NCBI RefSeq assembly: GCF_006345805.1
Contig: NC_043005.1
Span: 27,280,001 to 27,344,000 of the forward strand
Origin: Octopus sinensis
Taxonomy: Eukaryota
DNA: 64,000 nucleotides
Direction of reading: 5' to 3'
The translations under genes and the position numbers were made by a program. Below, in pieces: positions 58,041 to 64,000 of this stretch. Numbering within the stretch: position 1 is the first letter of the stretch; every line of letters begins with the position of its first letter. Below the pieces are notes generated by a model that was given only the letters and a program-made list of their open reading frames with translations, had not been told where the DNA came from and did no database searches.

Positions 58041-59135
58041 AGTGGTGTTCCGCAAGGCTCTGTTTTGGGACCACTACTGTTCATAATGGCCCTCTCAGAC
58101 ATGCCCTCAGCCACGCAGAGAGCCACGATCACAAGTTATGCAGATGATACAAAAGTTTCACAAGCAATACAGAACCCTGAAGACACTATGCACCTGCAAT
58201 GTGAGCTGGACAAAACATACAAGTGGGCTGAAAAGAATAGCATGCAGTTCAATGCTGAAAAGTTTCAAGCTTTATGCTATCAGCATGCAAAACTAAATGC
58301 AATACCCAATAAATACACGGGGCCTGGAGGGATTGCAATCCCAGAGGCACAATCAGTGCGAGACCTGGGTATTCACATGAGTGATGATGCAACTTTTCAT
58401 GTGCATGTTGCTAAATTGGCAATGAAATGTAGGCGGCTGACCGGATAGATTCTTAGAACCTTTAGAACAAGAGACCAGGAAACCATAATGGTCCTCTGGA
58501 GGACACTTATCCTAAGCCACTTTGACTATTGCTCTCAGCTATGGTCACCATCCAGTGTCAAGTTAATCACAGAACTTGAGGCGATCCAACGAAGCTACAC
58601 GAAGAAGATAGCCTCTGTGCAGCATATAAGCTACTGGGAAAGACTCAAGAGATTAAGACTCTATTCCTTAGAGCGTAGGCGAGAAAGATATGCCATAATA
58701 TACATCTGGAAGATCCTAGAAGGACTTGTCCCAAACTTTGGCATCGAGAGTTACACAAATGCTAGAACTGGGCGCCACTGCATAGTGCCAAGGACTCCAA
58801 ATTTGCCATCAAGATGTAGGACAAGATACTGTGATAGCCTGGGCTTCAGAGGCCCACAGCTCTTCAATATCCTCCCGAAGAACCTGAGAGACCTGCATGG
58901 AGTGGATGCAGATGTCTTTAAAATAAAACTGGATCTCTTCCTGTCAGATGTCCCAGATGAACCAACTTCACGGCAGGAGGTGCAGATGAGAGCAGCTGCA
59001 TCGAAATCTCTCATGCACCAAATGGCAATTGCTAAAAAGCATTCGTGAAGTAAAATCATGTAGCAACACCAAATGGTGGTGCCCCAGCATGGCCAAAGCT
59101 CGTGAGCTGAAACTAGATAAAATAAAATAAAATAA
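58041..59135 (+). mobile_element. 5'-truncated CR1/L2-group LINE (RT 3' half, 3' UTR, (ATAAA)n tail)
   Basis: SGVPQGSVLGPLLF, YADDTK, RDLG, DYCSQLWSP and LYSLERRRERY in one frame, broken by a single TAG at 58446-58448. Confidence 0.92.
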
Positions 59136-59174
59136 CATAAATAAAGATGATTTGTGTAGACATAAGCTCACTCC

Positions 59175-59362
59175 TTCCATCAGATCGACATTACCTGTAC
59201 AGGCGCAACAGGTGCCACATGTCAGATGCCGAAATGATCGCAGAGCAACATGAAATGAAGTGCTTTCCTCAAGAACACAACGCAACGCCCGGTATGGGAA
59301 TCGAACCCGCAATCTCGCAATCGTGCGTGCAACAACCTAACCACTAAGCCACACGCCTTCAC
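59175..59362 (-). mobile_element. tRNA-headed SINE of a further family
   Basis: Minus: GTGAAGGCGTGTGGCTTAGTGGTTAGG...GCGGGTTCGATTCCC, then GTGTTCTTGAGGAAAGCACTT. Confidence 0.65.
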
Positions 59363-59438
59363 TTATATACATACATAAATATAGATAGATAGATGGATAG
59401 ATGGATAGATGTATATAATATTTATGTGTATATATTTA

Positions 59439-59840
59439 TACTCTTTTACTCTTTTACTTGTTTCAGTCATTTGACTACGGCCATACTGGAGCACCGCCTT
59501 TAGTCGAGCAAATCGACCCCGGGACTTATTCTTTGTAAGCCCAGTACTTATTCTATCGGTCTCTTTTGCCGAACCGCTAAGTGACGGGGACGTAAACACA
59601 CCAGCATCGGTTGTCAAGCAATGCTAGGGGGACAAACACAGACACACAAACACACACACACATATATATATATACATATATACGACAGGCTTCTTTCAGT
59701 TTCCGTCTACCAAATCCACTCACAAGGCATTGGTCGGCCCGGGGCTATAGCAGAAGACACTTGCCCAAGATGCCACGCAGTGGGACTGGACGCGGACCAT
59801 GTGGTGGTTAGCAAGCTACTTACCACACAGCCACTCCTGC
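59439..59840 (-). mobile_element. SINE family A, young copy
   Basis: Near-identical to the 48058 and 60788 copies. Confidence 0.9.
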
Positions 59841-59863
59841 ATATGTATATATATATATGTGTG

Positions 59864-59912
<49 letters not shown>

Positions 59913-59986
59913 TATGTATATAATATATGTATGTATGTATGTATATGTATATATATATATATGCATATATATAATATATATATATG

Positions 59987-60050
<64 letters not shown>

Positions 60051-60079
60051 TAATATATATATCATGTGTGTGTGTTACA

Positions 60080-60289
60080 CAGGGTTGTTTAAAAATAGAT
60101 TACAGGTATTCAACTAACTCTTTCGCATTCATATATTAACAGTTTAGATCTTAATTATAAAAAATATGAAACCATTATTCTATGCTAACTTGATTAATTG
60201 TAAGAAAGAAATTTAAATGTAATAAGATGTTTTAAAAGAAATTTAAAGTGCCTACGTGATAACTGTAAACTTACTTTTGGGCCACCCTG
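60080..60289. mobile_element. Possible degenerate mariner-type MITE
   Basis: CAGGGT... and ...ACCCTG|TA ends, divergent further in. Confidence 0.3.
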
Positions 60290-60787
60290 TATATTTCAAG
60301 TCACTCTAAGAAGCAGTGCACGTTACTAGAATTTTCGACTGGAATTAAATGTAACAAGCCACTTGAAATCGTTGTAAGAGCATCCGCATAAGTAGTGTTA
60401 AGACATGATAGTTTGTTCTGGCATTGAGTGGTATTAGATGTAATAATAATGTCAAACCAAAGAGTGAAGTTTTGAAATAATTTACTGCTTTAACTGAGGA
60501 AGGTATTACGCAATGCATGCATTTCCTATCATATATTATGCAAACCTGGAACGTACGTATTAAATTATCTCAAAATATCAGTGTTTTATTTGGCCTTATT
60601 ACAACTACGTGTGTATGTGCATGTGTATGTGTGTGAGTGCATGCTTTTGTCCTTCTCCGTCGCTTGACAACCTAGGTTGGACTTTTACGTCCCTGTAACT
60701 TGGTTGCTCGGCCAAAGAGACATAACAAGTACTGATGACTGGATCAAATAAAAGAGGAAAAAAAGGGTAAAAGATAATATACATCAA

Positions 60788-60956
60788 CGCAGGAGTGGCT
60801 GTGTGGTAAGTAGCTTGCTAACCAACCACATGGTTCCGGGTTCAGTCCCACTGCGTGGCATCTTAGGCAAGTGTCTTCTGCTATAGCCCCGGGCCGACCA
60901 ATGCCTTGTGAGTGGATTTGGTAGACGGAAACTGAAAGAAGCCTGTCGTATATATG

Positions 60957-60991
<35 letters not shown>

Positions 60992-61197
60992 TTGTGTGTC
61001 CCCCTAGCATTGCTTGACAACCGATGCTGGTGTGTTTACGTCCCCGTTACTTAGCGGTTCGGCAAAAGAGACCGATAGAATAAGTACTGGGCTTACAAAG
61101 AATAAGTCTCGGGATCGATTTGCTCGACTAAAGGCGGTGCTCCAGCATGGCCACAGTCAAATGACTGAAACAAGTAAAAGAGTAAAAAAAGAGTAAA
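60788..61197 (+). mobile_element. SINE family A, young copy with probable 7-bp TSD
   Basis: ATCAACG at 60783-60789 and 61197-61203. Confidence 0.9.
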
Positions 61198-61209
61198 TCA
61201 ACGAAAAGG

Positions 61210-61540
61210 AACACACATCCATGTGAATAGTTCGCCAGTTAGAAAATATCTGGAGAAATACCACATCTGGAATATCAAGGCCGGCCATGAAAGCGACAAG
61301 ATGGAATATCGGAAATTTGACAATTAACGAATACATTGTTATTTAAGAATTAAAGCCCACCAACGATGGTGGACAACAAATGTACGACGCTCGTTAGTAA
61401 CTTAAAACACTCCTAATCTGGTCTTGTCGTAAAGCCTTCCTATCGCATCCCTCACATATCTGCACAGGTCAAAACTACATTTACATACACTCCTATGTTA
61501 TTGATAAGGGCTTTTTATAGCCGAAATATTAAAATATTAG
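61210..61540 (+). mobile_element. Decayed PLE 3' end with U3-A8 hammerhead-like motif (61501-61530)
   Basis: LTINEYIVI*ELKPTND resembles the PLE L.I.EA..I...KP.LN motif; then UUGAUAA G GGCU-6nt-AGCC GAAAUAUU. Confidence 0.5.
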
Positions 61541-61634
61541 ATAAAAGTGTAACATGTTGTTTCATGATTTTTTTTTTTTATATTAAACCCCTTTTTATTT
61601 TCTTCTTTTGCAGTAGTTGCTTTCTAAATCTCTT

Positions 61635-61672
<38 letters not shown>

Positions 61673-61681
61673 TAATAATAA

Positions 61682-61712
<31 letters not shown>

Positions 61713-61738
61713 AGTAATAGTAATAGTAATAGTAATAG

Positions 61739-61849
61739 TGATGCATGTGCCTGGTGTACCCTTATTAGACGGGTAGTCATGATGGGTATACTGGGCTTCG
61801 TATATTTTACCCCAGTGTCACTTTGATGGCATGCACTGATCTCTCACTC
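61739..61849. mobile_element. Family D partial copy in a triplet tract
   Basis: Matches 52960-53072. Confidence 0.8.
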
Positions 61850-61925
61850 AATAATGATGATGATGATGATGATGATGATGATAATTTCTTTTATAATAAT
61901 GATAATAATACTAATAGCAATAATT

Positions 61926-61964
<39 letters not shown>

Positions 61965-61974
61965 GTTTCAATTT

Positions 61975-62150
61975 TTGGTAATTTCGGTAAGTCGATTGCA
62001 TCAACCCTAGTGCTTAACTGGTACTTATTTTATTGACCCCTTAAAAGGATAAAAAGTAGAGTCGACCTCGGCGGAATTTGAACTGAGAACATAAAGACGG
62101 ACGAAATGCCGCTAAGCTTTACCATGTCGCCCGACATGGTAACTGTTCCG
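61975..62150 (-). mobile_element. SINE family B
   Basis: Homology to the other B copies. Confidence 0.75.
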
Positions 62151-62699
62151 CCTCTGTCTCACCACCTCAAATTGTCAATTTATTTATCGACATCGAAAGG
62201 ATGGATAAAAGGTAAAGTTGACCGATGCGGACTGACACTCAATGTAAGAGAGTTAGGAAAGAGAAAGAGAAAGAGGGAGAGAGAGAGAGGGGGGATAGAG
62301 GGAGAGAGAGAGAGAGAGACCTATGAAAAAAGACAGTCGGGAAAAGAATTAATTCTCATGCTAAAATACGTATACACATAAACACACACACACACACGCA
62401 AAAGTACATGCATGCATAAATGCATATATACATGCGTACACACACATACACACGCCGAGCAGCCGGGTGTGGGTTCTTAGTTTTGTATCTAAATCAGAAT
62501 TGTGTACATATGTATGTATGTATGCATGTGTACACAGACACGTATATGCGTGTGTATAGGTACGTATATGCGTCTATATATGTATACATATACAATTAAT
62601 CATTATATATGCATTATATATATTTCGACGAATATACATGTATGTGTACGTGTATGTATGGATGTATACTTATAATCATTATATAAGCAATAAATAAAA

Positions 62700-62751
<52 letters not shown>

Positions 62752-62771
62752 GTGTGTGTGTATGTGCGCGC

Positions 62772-62802
<31 letters not shown>

Positions 62803-63289
62803 TGTGTGTGTGTGTCAAGAGGAACTCACACAAACATCCATATCTTTAGTTCTGAGTTAAGATAACAACGATTCGCGAGTGCCAATTATTCAGCTAACAA
62901 ACAGATTTAGCAGGAATGGTCTTACGGAATAACTCTAAACTAGCCAGCTGTACAATAAACAATTTCAGAACTTTTCTACCAGTTAAATATTTCCAGAAGA
63001 CGAAAATATTGTTCTTTGTGTAGTTTTGGAAACAATAATATAAGGAAGTAATAATAATAACAATGGTGGTAATAATAATAATAATTTATCTCATTGTACA
63101 TCAAGCTAACAATTCCTATTTCTTCTTTATCCGACAGTCCTTCCACTCGTTGACTATTTTACCGTTTTCCATATTGTCCTCCCCCACCTCCCCCTCTTCT
63201 TTGGCACTTTCTTTCAACTGCAGTGTCTGCTACACTATTCGTTTAAGACTTATAATAACTTTTTTTTTCTTTCTAATATAAGCACAAGG

Positions 63290-63478
63290 CCAGCAATTTT
63301 GAAGGGAGAGATAAGCCGATTACATCAACATCAAGTTCTCAACTGGTATTTAGTATATCAATCCTGAATGGATGAAAGGCAAAGTCAACCTCGGTTGCAT
63401 TTGAACACAGAACGTAAAGTCGGAAGAAATGCCGCTGAAAATTTTGTTCGGCGCAGTAGCGATTCTGCCAGTTCGCCC
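63290..63478 (-). mobile_element. SINE family B
   Basis: Homology to the other B copies. Confidence 0.75.
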
Positions 63479-63491
63479 AATAATAATAGAA

Positions 63492-64000
63492 TTTGTAGAC
63501 AAAAATGGTGAAACCGTATGGCATATTACCAGTCAATGTACGCCACTAGTCCAGGAAGAATATGATACATCATGACAATATAGCAATGATTGTCCATAGG
63601 ACACTTTCCAACAAGTATGGATTTGATAGAGCAAACAGTGGTACGTACATAAACACGAAGGCATCATCGAAAATGATAATGCAAAGATCCTACGGGATTT
63701 TATGACTCAGTGCGACCTTGAGAGAGAGAGAGAGAATAGGAAGCCAGACAAAGAGTTAATTGAGAAAGAAAGCAAACTATGCTGGATCATAGATATAGCA
63801 TGTCCAGCTGACAAGGTGTGCGATAAAGAAGAAAGAAAAGTCGATAGATGTAATAGGTTAGCTTGGGAGGTCAAACAGTTGTGGTCGCTAAAAATGGTGG
63901 TAGTAGTACAAATAATCGTCGGAGCCCTAGAAACAGTGAGTAAGAATATTGAGAAGTATATGGAACAAATAGGGGCAACAATAAAGGTGGAGCACTTGCA
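63492..64000 (+). mobile_element. R4/Dong-clade LINE: CCHC region and restriction-like endonuclease, decayed, runs off the window
   Basis: ETVWHITSQC...HDNIAMIVH, NDNAKILRDFMTQCD, RKPD...WIIDIACPAD...EVKQLW...IIVGALETV. Confidence 0.85.

Overview
AT-rich, repeat-saturated eukaryotic DNA, most likely intronic or intergenic. The extreme microsatellite load and the SINE families resemble an octopod cephalopod genome; this is inference, not verified. No intact host protein-coding gene is supported: nearly all ORFs in the track are read-throughs of microsatellites or SINEs. The window holds several tRNA-derived SINE families (here A, B, C, E), decayed or truncated LINEs (CR1/L2-group, RTE, R4/Dong), Penelope-like element (PLE) remnants, maT-like and mariner transposase pseudogenes, non-autonomous Helitrons, MITEs, two long foldbacks, a ~1.1 kb tandem duplication and a 100-N gap. 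Two signals stand out. (1) About ten minimal type I hammerhead-ribozyme motifs occur in at least six unrelated repeat families. Four are in one family whose two most complete copies carry a tRNA-like Pol III head (a hammerhead-bearing SINE), and two have a compensatory U3-A8 core. (2) A textbook heat-shock promoter (7-unit HSE, ETS sites, TATA, Inr) lies on the minus strand at ~48.7 kb with no recognisable HSP coding sequence downstream. All calls come from manual reading; no database search or folding program was run.
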